A stretch of 64,000 bases of DNA from contig DASPGX010000028.1 in NCBI GenBank assembly GCA_035620375.1, positions 2,974 through 66,973 on the forward strand. Direction: 5' to 3'. The translations under genes and the position numbers were made by a program. The stretch comes from Minisyncoccota bacterium (lineage in GTDB: Bacteria; Patescibacteriota; Minisyncoccia; 2-02-FULL-40-12; GWA2-44-9). Shown here piece after piece: positions 46,738 through 56,378 of this stretch (position 1 is its first letter; each line of letters starts with the position of its first letter). Under the pieces are notes generated by a model. That model did no database searches and was not told the DNA's origin. It saw nothing but the letters and a program-made list of their open reading frames with translations.

Positions 46738-48861
46738 TTAGTACAACGACTGCCGCTTCAATAATACCGCATTGAACGCAACGATGACCGTGGACACCGA
46801 CATCAGAATTGCCGCCACGGCCGGTTGGAGCAGAATGCCCCGTGATGCCAATACTCCCGCCGCCAGCGGTATAGCGACGATGTTATATCCTGCCGCCCAC
46901 CAGAGATTCTGGACCATTTTCGCATAGGTCAGGCGCGAGAGCCGGACGATGCGCGGGATATCGCGCGGGTCGTTCCGTACGAGGATGATGCCCGCGGACT
47001 CTATGGCGACGTTCGTTCCCGCACCGATGGCGATTCCGACGTCGGCCTGCGTCAGGGCCGGCGCGTCATTGATGCCGTCACCGACCATGGCAACCTGCGC
47101 TCCGCGCGCCTGCAGCTCCCTGACCCTTGCCGATTTCTCATCAGGTTTGACGCGGGCGAAGTACTCGTCAATCCCGAGTTCCTCGGCGACCCAGGATGCG
47201 ACCTCGTCCGCATCCCCGGTCACCATGGCGACCTTCACCCCGAGCTGTTTCAGCTCGGCCACCGCTTCACGGGATTCGCGGCGGATGACGTCTGCGAACG
47301 CAAATGCACCGATGAACGAGCCGTCGTGGAGTACATAGATTACGGTTTTTCCCTTGGACGCTTCCGCCTTCATGGCCGCCTGCAGTTCCGCCGGTATATC
47401 CTGGGTCCCAATGACGCCGTGTCCGCCGATAGTGATGTCAGAGCCGGAAACGCGTGCCTGAGAACCCTTCCCGGGCAAGCGTCGGAAATCTTCAGCATCG
47501 GGAAGCGTGATGCCCATCTCCTGCGCTCGCGCGACAAGCGCCTTCGCAATGGGGTGCTCTGACCGCGCATCCGCAGCAGCGCCGAGCATGATGAGCGTCC
47601 GCTTATCCGTTCCGGGCGCCGGCCAAGCATCCGTCATGCCGTATGTGCCCGTCGTCAACGTCCCGGTCTTATCAAACAGGACCGTGTCAATACTCCGTGC
47701 GGCCTCCAGTGCGAGGCGCTGGCGGACGAGGAAACCATTCTGCGCGGCCTTCGTGGTGGAGATGGATGCGACCAGCGGAACGGCAAGTCCCAGCGCATGC
47801 GGGCAGGCGATGACCAGCACCGCTACGAAGCGTTCCACGGCGAATCCCGCACCTGCGCCGGCGGCGAGCCATCCCGCAAGCGTCGTGGAGCCTCCGATGA
47901 CCGCGACATAGGTGAGCCACAGTGCGGCACGGTCTGACAGTATCTGAAGCCGGGACTTGGATGCCTGCGCCTCGGCGACCAGGCGCATAACGCCGGCCAG
48001 GAAGGTATGCTCTCCGATAGCTTCTACGCGGACGGTGAGCGGACCGTCACCGTTGACCGTACCGGCGATGACCATATTGCCCCTTGTCTTCGGTACCGGC
48101 CGTGATTCGCCGGTTGCAAGCGATTCGTTCACGTCGGAATTCCCTTCGGTTACCTGTCCGTCCGCGGGAATCTTTCCTCCCGGCCGTACGAGGACAAGGT
48201 CGTCCTTCGTAAGTTCACTGAGCGGAATTTTTACAGTTCTTCCGTTCCGGATAATCTCCGCAGTGTCCGGCAAAAGTTTCGACAACTCCTTCAATGCGCC
48301 TTGTGCGCCCTTGACCGCGCGCATCTCCAGCCAGTGGCCCAGAAGCATGACGGTGATAAGCGTGGCAAGTTCCCAGAAAAGGGTTTCCGTATTGCCCAGG
48401 AGCGTATTGACCGCGCTGTAGCCGAACGCCGCGGTGATGGCGATGGCGATGAGGGTCATCATACCCGGCAGACGGGCACGCAGCTCGCGCCATGCGCTGG
48501 CCAGGAAGACCCATCCTCCGATGAAGAAGATGAGCGTGCCGAGCGCGGCGGGAACATATGCTGAGCCGGGGAAGTCCGGAGGCGACCAGCCGGTGAGCGT
48601 CGGAACAATATCCGAGTAGAGGACCACGGGAATGCTCAATATGAGCGATGTCCAGAACTTCCGTTTGAATGCATCGGTGCTGTGGCCGGCGTGCTTGCCG
48701 TGTACGCCGGCTGCCCCCTCGTGCGCCCGCTCATCGGGTGAGGCGGGAACAAGGCTCATTCCGCATTCGGGGCACATGCCCGGCCGTTCCTGGCGGATTT
48801 CCGGGTGCATGGGACACGTATAGTCTTTCGTGTGCATGATGATTGGGATTATACCCCGCAC
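46738..48861 (-). CDS. copB: Copper-translocating P1B-type ATPase, CopB-like (CPH motif) with N-terminal CxxxHP...CPxCGM metal-binding domain
   Basis: N-terminal YTCPMHPEIRQERPGMCPECGM. TM6 reads ACPHALGLA (CPH). DKTGTLT phosphorylation site. GDGINDAP hinge. Confidence 0.9.
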   Translation of the reverse strand: MRGIIPIIMHTKDYTCPMHPEIRQERPGMCPECGMSLVPASPDERAHEGAAGVHGKHAGHSTDAFKRKFWTSLILSIPVVLYSDIVPTLTGWSPPDFPGSAYVPAALGTLIFFIGGWVFLASAWRELRARLPGMMTLIAIAITAAFGYSAVNTLLGNTETLFWELATLITVMLLGHWLEMRAVKGAQGALKELSKLLPDTAEIIRNGRTVKIPLSELTKDDLVLVRPGGKIPADGQVTEGNSDVNESLATGESRPVPKTRGNMVIAGTVNGDGPLTVRVEAIGEHTFLAGVMRLVAEAQASKSRLQILSDRAALWLTYVAVIGGSTTLAGWLAAGAGAGFAVERFVAVLVIACPHALGLAVPLVASISTTKAAQNGFLVRQRLALEAARSIDTVLFDKTGTLTTGTYGMTDAWPAPGTDKRTLIMLGAAADARSEHPIAKALVARAQEMGITLPDAEDFRRLPGKGSQARVSGSDITIGGHGVIGTQDIPAELQAAMKAEASKGKTVIYVLHDGSFIGAFAFADVIRRESREAVAELKQLGVKVAMVTGDADEVASWVAEELGIDEYFARVKPDEKSARVRELQARGAQVAMVGDGINDAPALTQADVGIAIGAGTNVAIESAGIILVRNDPRDIPRIVRLSRLTYAKMVQNLWWAAGYNIVAIPLAAGVLASRGILLQPAVAAILMSVSTVIVAFNAVLLKRQSLY

Positions 48862-49823
48862 GCGCCTCCGCTGCGACCTTGGACCGGTTCAACTTCGCTC
48901 AAGATGTTCCGGTAGCCGGTTCCGCTGGAGAACTGTGCGCCCAGAAGTTCACGGGGGTCAGCTGACTCCCAGGTCCGCCCCTTCATGTCCAGGTATTTTG
49001 CGATGGTCAGGTACGTGTCGGGGAACCAATACGCGTTCACCTGCAGGGCGACGCGGTACATCTCCTCCTCGCCCGCGCCGTTCGCGGCCATCAGTTCCAA
49101 CAGGCCCAGCATCGCCATGCCGTGATTACAGTCGGGGAAGTACGTGGAATTCCCGCAGCACGGGCGGTAGACGTTTCGCGCAACTGATTCCACGAGGGCC
49201 TGCTGTTCCGAGGTCAGTTTCACGTAGCGGTGTCCGGAATAGTGGTCCATCGCGTCGCCCACGGCGATGCTCCAGCCGCCCGTCGAAGCAAACCGGCCCG
49301 CACCGCCGTATTGGGGGTCCGTCATCGGACCTTCTTCAAGAACGGGATTTGTGTTCGCCAGCCCGAACGCCCAGAGCAGGTTCAGGATGATTCCCGCGTT
49401 GTTGGCGTCCATGCGGATGGTGTCGGCCCGTCCCTCCAGGAGGGTCCGTTCGTAGGGATTCAGACCTCCGCGCGACTCATACAAGGCTTCAAATGCCTGC
49501 CGGTCAATGACGCCGTCGGCGACCATCCGGGCGCCCAGGTCTCCCCATGAGATGGGCAATGCAATGCCGTCCCGGGGAAGGACCGTCTCCTCGAATGCGG
49601 CGCTTTCAGGCGCCGTCGTACGGTCACCCCGCGGGGCGTACGGCAAAAGCCACGCGCCGCCTATGACGGCGGCCCCGGCCAGTGCGCCGAACAGAAACGT
49701 CGTCATCGGTTTCGGTGCCGGCCGTTGCGCGCCGGACGCGGAGGAATGTTCCGCGCAATGTTCATTAATTCTCTCTGACTGCAGATTCCCGCCCTCGGCT
49801 GATTCATGGTGCATACAATGCAT
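48849..49823 (-). CDS. Hypothetical exported protein with His/Cys-rich N-terminus and CCGNSTYFPDCNHGMAM cluster (putative metal-binding)
   Basis: MHCMHHESAEGG...EHCAEH, then a hydrophobic signal-like helix. Several internal Cys/His/Met clusters. Sits inside the copper/redox island. Confidence 0.4.
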   Translation of the reverse strand: MHCMHHESAEGGNLQSERINEHCAEHSSASGAQRPAPKPMTTFLFGALAGAAVIGGAWLLPYAPRGDRTTAPESAAFEETVLPRDGIALPISWGDLGARMVADGVIDRQAFEALYESRGGLNPYERTLLEGRADTIRMDANNAGIILNLLWAFGLANTNPVLEEGPMTDPQYGGAGRFASTGGWSIAVGDAMDHYSGHRYVKLTSEQQALVESVARNVYRPCCGNSTYFPDCNHGMAMLGLLELMAANGAGEEEMYRVALQVNAYWFPDTYLTIAKYLDMKGRTWESADPRELLGAQFSSGTGYRNILSEVEPVQGRSGGACGV

Positions 49824-49832
49824 GGTGGTGAT

Positions 49833-50201
49833 TTAACAACATTCCTTGAGCTTTCGTTCCGCTTCCGCGACGGACCAGTTCCTCACCGTCCCCGGATGTC
49901 CGCGTCGCTCCGTGAACGCGACGGTGATGAGCGCGGCTCCTATCACGGCCAGGGCCGCGAAATGCCATGCCTGAACGGCGGCCGCATACGCGGCGGCCAG
50001 ACCGGCAGGAACGAAGACCAGCATGAAGGCCGTGCGGCGTGCCGCCGCCGTGCGCTCACGGAGCAGATAGGCGATGCCGACCGCGGAACCGCCTATCAAT
50101 GTAGCAATGAGCGCGGCATCCACGGCATGACCGTCCGCCCGCCAGAGCAACAGCGCAATCCAGGTACCCGAGACGATAGTGCATATCGGACAGATTTTCA
50201 T
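49833..50201 (-). CDS. Small multi-TM membrane protein ending in Cys-Cys
   Basis: MKICPICTIVSGTWIALLLW... has three hydrophobic helices. This start abuts the ccdA stop. C-terminus ...KLKECC. Confidence 0.35.
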   Translation of the reverse strand: MKICPICTIVSGTWIALLLWRADGHAVDAALIATLIGGSAVGIAYLLRERTAAARRTAFMLVFVPAGLAAAYAAAVQAWHFAALAVIGAALITVAFTERRGHPGTVRNWSVAEAERKLKECC

Positions 50202-50203
50202 GG

Positions 50204-50983
50204 TCAGAGGATAAGGATGAGTACGCCCAGTCCGAGCATGGCGATTCCCGTCCACAGCCGCATTGACCGGACATTGGACTTCTTCCATGCCTCCAGCCGT
50301 TCCACGACCGTCCGGTTCCCCGCGATGGCGAGAACAACCAGGAGCGGGAATACGAAGACCGCATTGTACAACAGGAGATAGCTGAATCCTTTCAGATAGG
50401 TCGCCGAATCATGCAGGAGCCCGAGCACCATCAGGTACGGGCCGCCGGTGCAGGGGAATTCGCAAAGTCCGACCAGCGCGCCGAGTCCGAACGCGGCGGG
50501 TAGCGACGCCCGGCCCATCAGTTCCGCCATCTTCCGGTGCGCCGCATGCGGCACGCGCAGTTTGATGGGGAATGCGGGGAAGAACTCATTGACGATGTTC
50601 ACGATGCCCCAGGCGATGAGCAAACCCGCGCCGACCTTCCCCATGAAATGGGGCGTGTTGAACAGGTGGAGGGTGCCCAGGAGTCCGAGTCCGATGGCCA
50701 GATAGGAGAGGAAGATGCCTGCCACGTACGCTCCGCCGACGGCGAACAGGCGCCCGCGCACCACCCCGAGCCCCAAGAGGACCGCGATGGTTACCAGGAG
50801 GATGGCGAACGCGCACGGATTGATGCTGTCCAGGAGCGCCGAGATGAGTACAAGCGGAAGCAGGACCGTTCCGCCGTCGCTGATGCTCCATGCGAACCGT
50901 GTTCCGAGGTCGCCGCGGAGGAACAGGACGACTGCGGCAAGCGCGACAGCGGCGCTGATTGCAGCGATGAGTTTCCGGTTCAT
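50204..50983 (-). CDS. ccdA: Cytochrome c-type biogenesis / thiol-disulfide electron transporter CcdA (DsbD family)
   Basis: SINPCAFAIL (first redox Cys) and LCEFPCTGGPY (second) with 6 TM helices. Confidence 0.8.
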   Translation of the reverse strand: MNRKLIAAISAAVALAAVVLFLRGDLGTRFAWSISDGGTVLLPLVLISALLDSINPCAFAILLVTIAVLLGLGVVRGRLFAVGGAYVAGIFLSYLAIGLGLLGTLHLFNTPHFMGKVGAGLLIAWGIVNIVNEFFPAFPIKLRVPHAAHRKMAELMGRASLPAAFGLGALVGLCEFPCTGGPYLMVLGLLHDSATYLKGFSYLLLYNAVFVFPLLVVLAIAGNRTVVERLEAWKKSNVRSMRLWTGIAMLGLGVLILIL

Positions 50984-50984
50984 G

Positions 50985-51482
50985 CTACGGGGTCACGTTC
51001 GCCGTGAACGAAACGACGACGGGTGTGCCCGCATCGTTTTCCATGGTGACCGTGCGTTGTATCGGTCCGACGCCCGACGGGCCGTGTGCGGCCGGGTCAA
51101 ACGTGATGATGAGCGAGGCGGTATCCTGCGGAGCGACGGATGCGTTGACGCGGGGGATGAATCCGTGCCCGAGCATTCCGTACGGTCCGTACTTGCGTCC
51201 GGCATGGTCAAGGGAGACTGACGTGCACATGCATGACGTGTACGTCTTGCCGAGGGTTACCGATGAGGCGCCGGTATTGGTGACCGCTATGCGGTGCCGG
51301 ACGGTTCCGGCGGCCATGGAGATGGTTCCGAAGTCAAACGACGTTTCCGACGGTTCCAGGGGACCAGGAGCGGCGATATCCGACATGGGCGTCGCCAGCG
51401 GAGTACCGCCGGGACGCGCCGCCCATGCCAGAATCCCGGCGGCCGCCAGGGTTCCGATAAGGACGAAGAGGATTGTTTTCAT
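50985..51482 (-). CDS. DUF1573-domain secreted protein
   Basis: Signal peptide, then FDFGTISMAAGTVRHRIAVTNTGASSVTL...SCMCTS, which follows the DUF1573 consensus. Confidence 0.6.
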   Translation of the reverse strand: MKTILFVLIGTLAAAGILAWAARPGGTPLATPMSDIAAPGPLEPSETSFDFGTISMAAGTVRHRIAVTNTGASSVTLGKTYTSCMCTSVSLDHAGRKYGPYGMLGHGFIPRVNASVAPQDTASLIITFDPAAHGPSGVGPIQRTVTMENDAGTPVVVSFTANVTP

Positions 51483-51567
51483 GATGCATGGTGGGTTGAT
51501 ACGACAAACAAACCCCGGAAGGGGTCTGTGGACGCACGCCGAAGGAGGGATACGTTTCCGGCGTGCG

Positions 51568-51951
51568 CTACACGCCTGTTGGGCTGTGGTTCAGGCGGAT
51601 GTTCCAGCGGAAAACCGGAAATCGGGAGAGCGACGCCTCAAACGGAAGGGTCCGGACGAGGGATGTATGCCACAAACCGCCATCGGCTCGTACCGGGGAG
51701 ACCCGCCAAATCAATACCGCACCGAACGCCGCGAGAAGTAGGGTCAGAGCCGACAGGACGGGAACGGATGCCAGAACGCGCTGCAGAGAGCTGAGGTGCT
51801 GGGCCGCCGAACCGATGGAAAGACACGGCAATGCGGAAATAGAGGAGAGGAAACAATCAGTCCCATGCGCGAGATTTTCGCTCATGGCGAACGGACCGGC
51901 GATGCCGACGACGGTGAGCGCAAGGATGACGAATAGGGAGAGCGTTTTCAT
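51568..51951 (-). CDS. Hypothetical small membrane protein
   Basis: MKTLSLFVILALTVVGIAG signal-like N-terminus and a second hydrophobic helix. Weak. Confidence 0.25.
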   Translation of the reverse strand: MKTLSLFVILALTVVGIAGPFAMSENLAHGTDCFLSSISALPCLSIGSAAQHLSSLQRVLASVPVLSALTLLLAAFGAVLIWRVSPVRADGGLWHTSLVRTLPFEASLSRFPVFRWNIRLNHSPTGV

Positions 51952-51967
51952 GAATATGGCCATTATA

Positions 51968-52534
51968 TCATGATTTCAGTGCGTGAACCAGTCGGATTTC
52001 GCAGTCCTTGAAGACTGCTTTGAGCGTTTCCTGTTCCTTCGGGGTGAACTTTTTGAGCACGTAGTCGCGTACCCATTCGTCGCGCTTTTTGTCGGATTGT
52101 GCGCGGGCCTTGTCCAAGGCGCGGGAACCAAGACCGATGCGCACGCGCCAGAACTTCTTGGTCTTCAGCGCAGACATGATGCTCTCCACCCCGCGGTGTC
52201 CGCCGGAGTTCTTTTCAAAGGAGAGTTTGCAGTTGCCGAAGGGGATATCCAGGTCGTCCTGAACGACGACGACATCCTCGTTCTTCGCCTTCGCCCAGCG
52301 CTTTGCCGCCGCGGCGGTCTGTCCGGATTTGTTCACGTACGTCTGCGGTTTGACCAGCCATGTCTTGATGCCGTCCACCTCGCACTTGGCCGCCTGCGCA
52401 AAAATCTTCTTCTCGTCCGTGAAGTCCGCGCCTTTGTGCTTCTTGATGAGCCAGTCCAAAAATTGCCAGCCGACGTTATGGCGGGTGGCGAGGTACTCTT
52501 CGTCCGGATTGCCGATGCCGATGATGAGCTTCAT
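51968..52534 (-). CDS. pth: Peptidyl-tRNA hydrolase
   Basis: MKLIIGIGNPDEEYLATRHNVGWQ... Confidence 0.85.
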   Translation of the reverse strand: MKLIIGIGNPDEEYLATRHNVGWQFLDWLIKKHKGADFTDEKKIFAQAAKCEVDGIKTWLVKPQTYVNKSGQTAAAAKRWAKAKNEDVVVVQDDLDIPFGNCKLSFEKNSGGHRGVESIMSALKTKKFWRVRIGLGSRALDKARAQSDKKRDEWVRDYVLKKFTPKEQETLKAVFKDCEIRLVHALKS

Positions 52535-52600
52535 ATACGGGAGTATAGAAAAGCGCGCGGAAAAAGAAAACGGCCGCCAGGCGGGCTGGCGGCCGTGGGC

Positions 52601-55207
52601 CTACTTCCGGTTCAGGAACTCGCTGATGACCGTGCGGTCCCTGCGGTACCACGCGGCCCGGGTGCGGATGCGTTCCAGCGATTCCGCGATGGCACGGGTC
52701 GCGCTCGGCGCGGGGTGTTCGGCGAAGAACCGTTCCACGGCGCCGGCGTCTTCGTCGCGGTTGAATCCGCTGATGGGCAGTTCGATGATCCGCCCCAGCA
52801 TCTTCAGTCCGCCGCCGGAGTACCGTTCGCTGACCTGCTCCCAGTTGGCGGTGATGAACTCCCATGCCGACCGGCGGCCCTGGGCATGCGTGCCCATTCC
52901 GGCGAGCACGTAGATGAAGTCCCCGGAACGGACCTGCCGGGGGTCGAATGCGAACTCCAGAACCTTCGCGAGAATGCCCCGGTCGGTGAATCGTCCCATG
53001 GCGTTGAGCAGACGGACCCGCTCTTCCTGGAGAGTCGCGGAGCCGTACAATTGCTGGAAGATGTGCAGGTCCGACCAGAGGTTCTGCTTCGCGACCGTGG
53101 CGTACACCGCTGCCCGCAGGTTGGGGTTCAGCGTCCTTCTGCCGGCGAAGTGTCCGGCGAACGCGCTTACGGCCGCTTCCGTCGTCGCCCGGTCGCCGTA
53201 GGCGCCCAGGGCGCCCATAATCTGGCCCCGCAGGAGTTTGGTCGTGTGAGCCTCGCTCCTCCGTTCGGTCCAGCCGAGCTTCGCGGCGACGGAAGAAAGG
53301 ACCGAGCAGGCGAACGCGTCGTAACGCCGTTCGCTCGCGGTCTCCTCCACGAGATTGGCGACGGCGCCCAAGGCGCCGAGCGCGGCGTTCCAGACCGTGT
53401 AGTCGGTCTCGTTCAGGTACGACGCCAGCAGGTTCAGGAGCTCTCCCGTCGGCAGCCGGCCGGCACGCGCGAGCGAGAGCGCGTCGCTGATGAGTCCGTA
53501 GCGGTCCGCGGGAGGCAGCGCGTTCTCGCGGAGTGATTCCGCGAGCCGCCCCCACTGTTCCGGCGGATAGTTCACCCGCGCGAGCGTAATCTGCCCCGCG
53601 TTGAGCTTCGTGACGGCGGTCGCCGGCATGTCCGTCTTCACCGTGAACGACCTTCCGCTGCAGCTGAAGCGCGGCAACGGCTTGGATGAACCGCCGGTGA
53701 GCACGGTCAGTGCGACCGGAATGTCCCATGTCTGCCGGGACTCCGCGTCGGTGAGCGTTTCGCCGCCGGACAGGAACCGCTCCTGGGACAGTTCCAGCGA
53801 ACCGTCCCCGGCAGCCCGGACCGTGATGAGCGGGTATCCCGCCTGCTTGGTCCAGGTGTCCATGATGTCGCGCACGGGCTTGCCCGATGCCTCCGCCAGG
53901 GCTTCCCAGAGGTCTTCCGTGGTCGCGTTGGCGTACGCATGCCGGCGCAGATAGTTCTGCAGGCCCGTCCGGAATGCGTCGGGGCCGATGAAGTCGTGAA
54001 TCATCCGGATGACGCTTGCCCCCTTGGAGTAACTGATGGAGTCGAAAATCTGGCTGATTTCGTTGGGATGTCCGACCTCCACCTCGATGGCGTGGCTGGA
54101 ACGGAGGCCGTCCAGGGACAGCGCGCTGGCGTACTCGTCGCCGACGAACTGCGTCCAGATGTCCCACTCGGGGAACAGCGCGTCCATGGCGAGGCTGGCC
54201 ATCCATGTCGCGAAGCCCTCGTTCAGCCAGAGGTGTGTCCACCACTGCATGGTCACGAGGTTTCCGAACCACTGATGCGCCAGCTCGTGTGCGACGACTT
54301 CGGCGACCCGCTGATACGCAGCGGACGCCGAATGCTCGGGGTCGATGAGCAGCGCGTTCTCGCGGTACGTCACCAGGCCCCAGTTCTCCATCGCGCCTGC
54401 GGCGAAGTCGGGAATCGCCACCATGTCCAGCTTCGGGAGCGGGTACGGAATGCCGAAGTATTCGTTGTAGAACTCCAGGACGCGGATTGCCGTCTCCAGA
54501 GCGAACCGGCCGTGCTCCTTCTTGCCCGGTACGGTGTACACGCGTACCCGCGTCCCGTTGTTCGTGGTTCCCTCGATGAACTCCAGCTCGCCGACGATGA
54601 ATGCCAGCAGATAGCTGGACATCACCGGCGAACGGTCGAACGTGAATTTGGCCAGCCCTTCCGGGGTGACGCTCTGGGCGCGGACCGGCATGTTCGACAG
54701 GGCGGTCAGTCCCGGCGGAACGGAGAGGGTGACGTCGAACGTCGCCTTCAGGGCCGGCTCGTCCCCGCAGGGGAGCGCCCGGCGTGCGTCCGTCGCCTCG
54801 AACTGCGTCGCCGCCAGGTGGCGCTCCACGCCGTCCGGTCCGACGAACCGGCTCCGGTAGAAGCCGGCCATCTTGTCGTTGAGCGTCCCGGAGTACCCGA
54901 TTTCGAGGACCGCGCCTCCCGCGGGAATCTCGTCCGTGAACGTCAGGACCGCGGTCTGGGCTTCGGCGTCCAGTTGTATACCGGCCGGCTGGACCGATTC
55001 CGCTCCGTCGGGGTGCAGGAGCACGTTCTCCCGGGCGACTGCCAGGTCGGCCGCGTGAAGCGTAATGGTGCGGACGGGCCGGCGGACCGTGAGATTCACG
55101 GAAACGGTTCCGGCGAACGTGAACGCCTTCAGGTCAGGCGTCAGGGCGACGTCGTAGTTGTTGTACGCGACGTCGTCGGGAATCAGGCATCCTGCCTTCT
55201 CGGTCAT
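52601..55207 (-). CDS. pepN: Aminopeptidase N (M1 family)
   Basis: GAMENWGL exopeptidase motif and HELAHQWFGNLVTMQWW...WLNEGFATW zinc site. GGAGG RBS before the ATG at 55207. Confidence 0.9.
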   Translation of the reverse strand: MTEKAGCLIPDDVAYNNYDVALTPDLKAFTFAGTVSVNLTVRRPVRTITLHAADLAVARENVLLHPDGAESVQPAGIQLDAEAQTAVLTFTDEIPAGGAVLEIGYSGTLNDKMAGFYRSRFVGPDGVERHLAATQFEATDARRALPCGDEPALKATFDVTLSVPPGLTALSNMPVRAQSVTPEGLAKFTFDRSPVMSSYLLAFIVGELEFIEGTTNNGTRVRVYTVPGKKEHGRFALETAIRVLEFYNEYFGIPYPLPKLDMVAIPDFAAGAMENWGLVTYRENALLIDPEHSASAAYQRVAEVVAHELAHQWFGNLVTMQWWTHLWLNEGFATWMASLAMDALFPEWDIWTQFVGDEYASALSLDGLRSSHAIEVEVGHPNEISQIFDSISYSKGASVIRMIHDFIGPDAFRTGLQNYLRRHAYANATTEDLWEALAEASGKPVRDIMDTWTKQAGYPLITVRAAGDGSLELSQERFLSGGETLTDAESRQTWDIPVALTVLTGGSSKPLPRFSCSGRSFTVKTDMPATAVTKLNAGQITLARVNYPPEQWGRLAESLRENALPPADRYGLISDALSLARAGRLPTGELLNLLASYLNETDYTVWNAALGALGAVANLVEETASERRYDAFACSVLSSVAAKLGWTERRSEAHTTKLLRGQIMGALGAYGDRATTEAAVSAFAGHFAGRRTLNPNLRAAVYATVAKQNLWSDLHIFQQLYGSATLQEERVRLLNAMGRFTDRGILAKVLEFAFDPRQVRSGDFIYVLAGMGTHAQGRRSAWEFITANWEQVSERYSGGGLKMLGRIIELPISGFNRDEDAGAVERFFAEHPAPSATRAIAESLERIRTRAAWYRRDRTVISEFLNRK

Positions 55208-55314
55208 GGGGCCTCCGTAGTAGTGATGGGTTGTCGATGAACAACGCCGCTGAAAATACAATATGATACGAATGCGTCAAGAAACACGAAACCCCCGGGG
55301 GAAGGGGGTTCGGC

Positions 55315-55605
55315 CTATGGCAGGCCTTTGAGCGTGGGCAGGCGGAGCGTCTGTCCGGGATGCGTGAGGTTCAGGTGCGTCAGGAGTTTGAGCTCCCGTT
55401 CCAGATTCCGGCCGCACCCAAGACAGCATACCGCTCTGCACAACGGCCGGTGCGTCATGTCCTGGATGTACCACAGTTCATCGTCCCCGCGGATGATGAG
55501 CACGGTTTCCGGGTCCAGCACGCCGACTTGTGCGGCTTTCGCCAGTTCATCGCACCGGTGCGCAAGATGCATCCGGTCCACGATGGGAGCACGGGCGATG
55601 GTCAT
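55315..55605 (-). CDS. Hypothetical Cys-rich small protein
   Basis: MTIARAPIVDRMHLAHRCDE...CRAVCCLGCGRN. No recognised family. Competing overlapping ORFs exist. Confidence 0.25.
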   Translation of the reverse strand: MTIARAPIVDRMHLAHRCDELAKAAQVGVLDPETVLIIRGDDELWYIQDMTHRPLCRAVCCLGCGRNLERELKLLTHLNLTHPGQTLRLPTLKGLP

Positions 55606-55658
55606 GATGTGACCTCCTACTATTATTATACAATATAATTCACGTATCGCCAATAGCG

Positions 55659-56360
55659 TTGCAGAGCGCCAAAAACTATGATAATATGCGACATTCCTTG
55701 ATTTCACCCATGTCAGAGCAGCCCAATCTGGCCGGACAACCGACGACCGAGGAGACCGAAGCGCAGACCCCGCCATCCCGTGGCGGGCGTATCGCGTCCG
55801 AAGTTTTCGAGTTCATCTGGGAGACGGTCAAGGTCGTCCTCATCGCGCTGGTCATCATCCTGCCGGTGCGGTACTTCCTTATCCAGCCGTTCTTCGTGAA
55901 GGGCGAATCCATGTTCCCGACGTACCACGACAAGGAGTACATCCTCGTGGACAAGTGGACCTACCGGACCGCCCGGCCCCAGCGCGGCGACGTCATCGTG
56001 TTCAAAGCGCCGACCGACGTGAACGACTACTTCATCAAGCGCATTGTCGGGCTTCCGGGCGAGCGCGTCGTCGTGCAGAACAACACCGTCCGCGTCTTTA
56101 ACGCGGAATTCCCCGACGGGTTCACGCTGAACGAGAAGGTCTACCTGCCCGATTCGCATATCACGGAGGGCACCGATGACCGCCTGCTGGAGGATGACGA
56201 GTACTACGTGCTCGGCGACAACCGCCAGCACAGCAGCGACTCGCGTGCGTTCGGACCGGTGCGGCGCGAGCTGTTCTCCGGCATGTCGTGGCTGCGTCTG
56301 TGGCCTCTGGAACGCATTGATTTCCTGGAACGCACCACGTACCCGCCTGTTATCGAGTAA
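55659..56360 (+). CDS. lepB: Signal peptidase I
   Basis: GESMFPT (Ser box) and VLGDNRQHSSDSRAFGPV (box E), with an N-terminal TM. The start could be the internal ATG (MSEQPN...). Confidence 0.85.
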   Translation: MQSAKNYDNMRHSLISPMSEQPNLAGQPTTEETEAQTPPSRGGRIASEVFEFIWETVKVVLIALVIILPVRYFLIQPFFVKGESMFPTYHDKEYILVDKWTYRTARPQRGDVIVFKAPTDVNDYFIKRIVGLPGERVVVQNNTVRVFNAEFPDGFTLNEKVYLPDSHITEGTDDRLLEDDEYYVLGDNRQHSSDSRAFGPVRRELFSGMSWLRLWPLERIDFLERTTYPPVIE

Positions 56361-56378
56361 CCTGAAACCACTAACCCT

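Noticed and set aside
51983-55240. ORFs 51983..53536 (+), 52476..54272 (-) and 53939..55240 (+) overlapping pepN
   Set aside because: pepN (52601..55207, minus strand) carries the GAMEN and HExxH...E zinc signatures. The others are out-of-frame or antisense Arg/Gly/Pro-rich artefacts.
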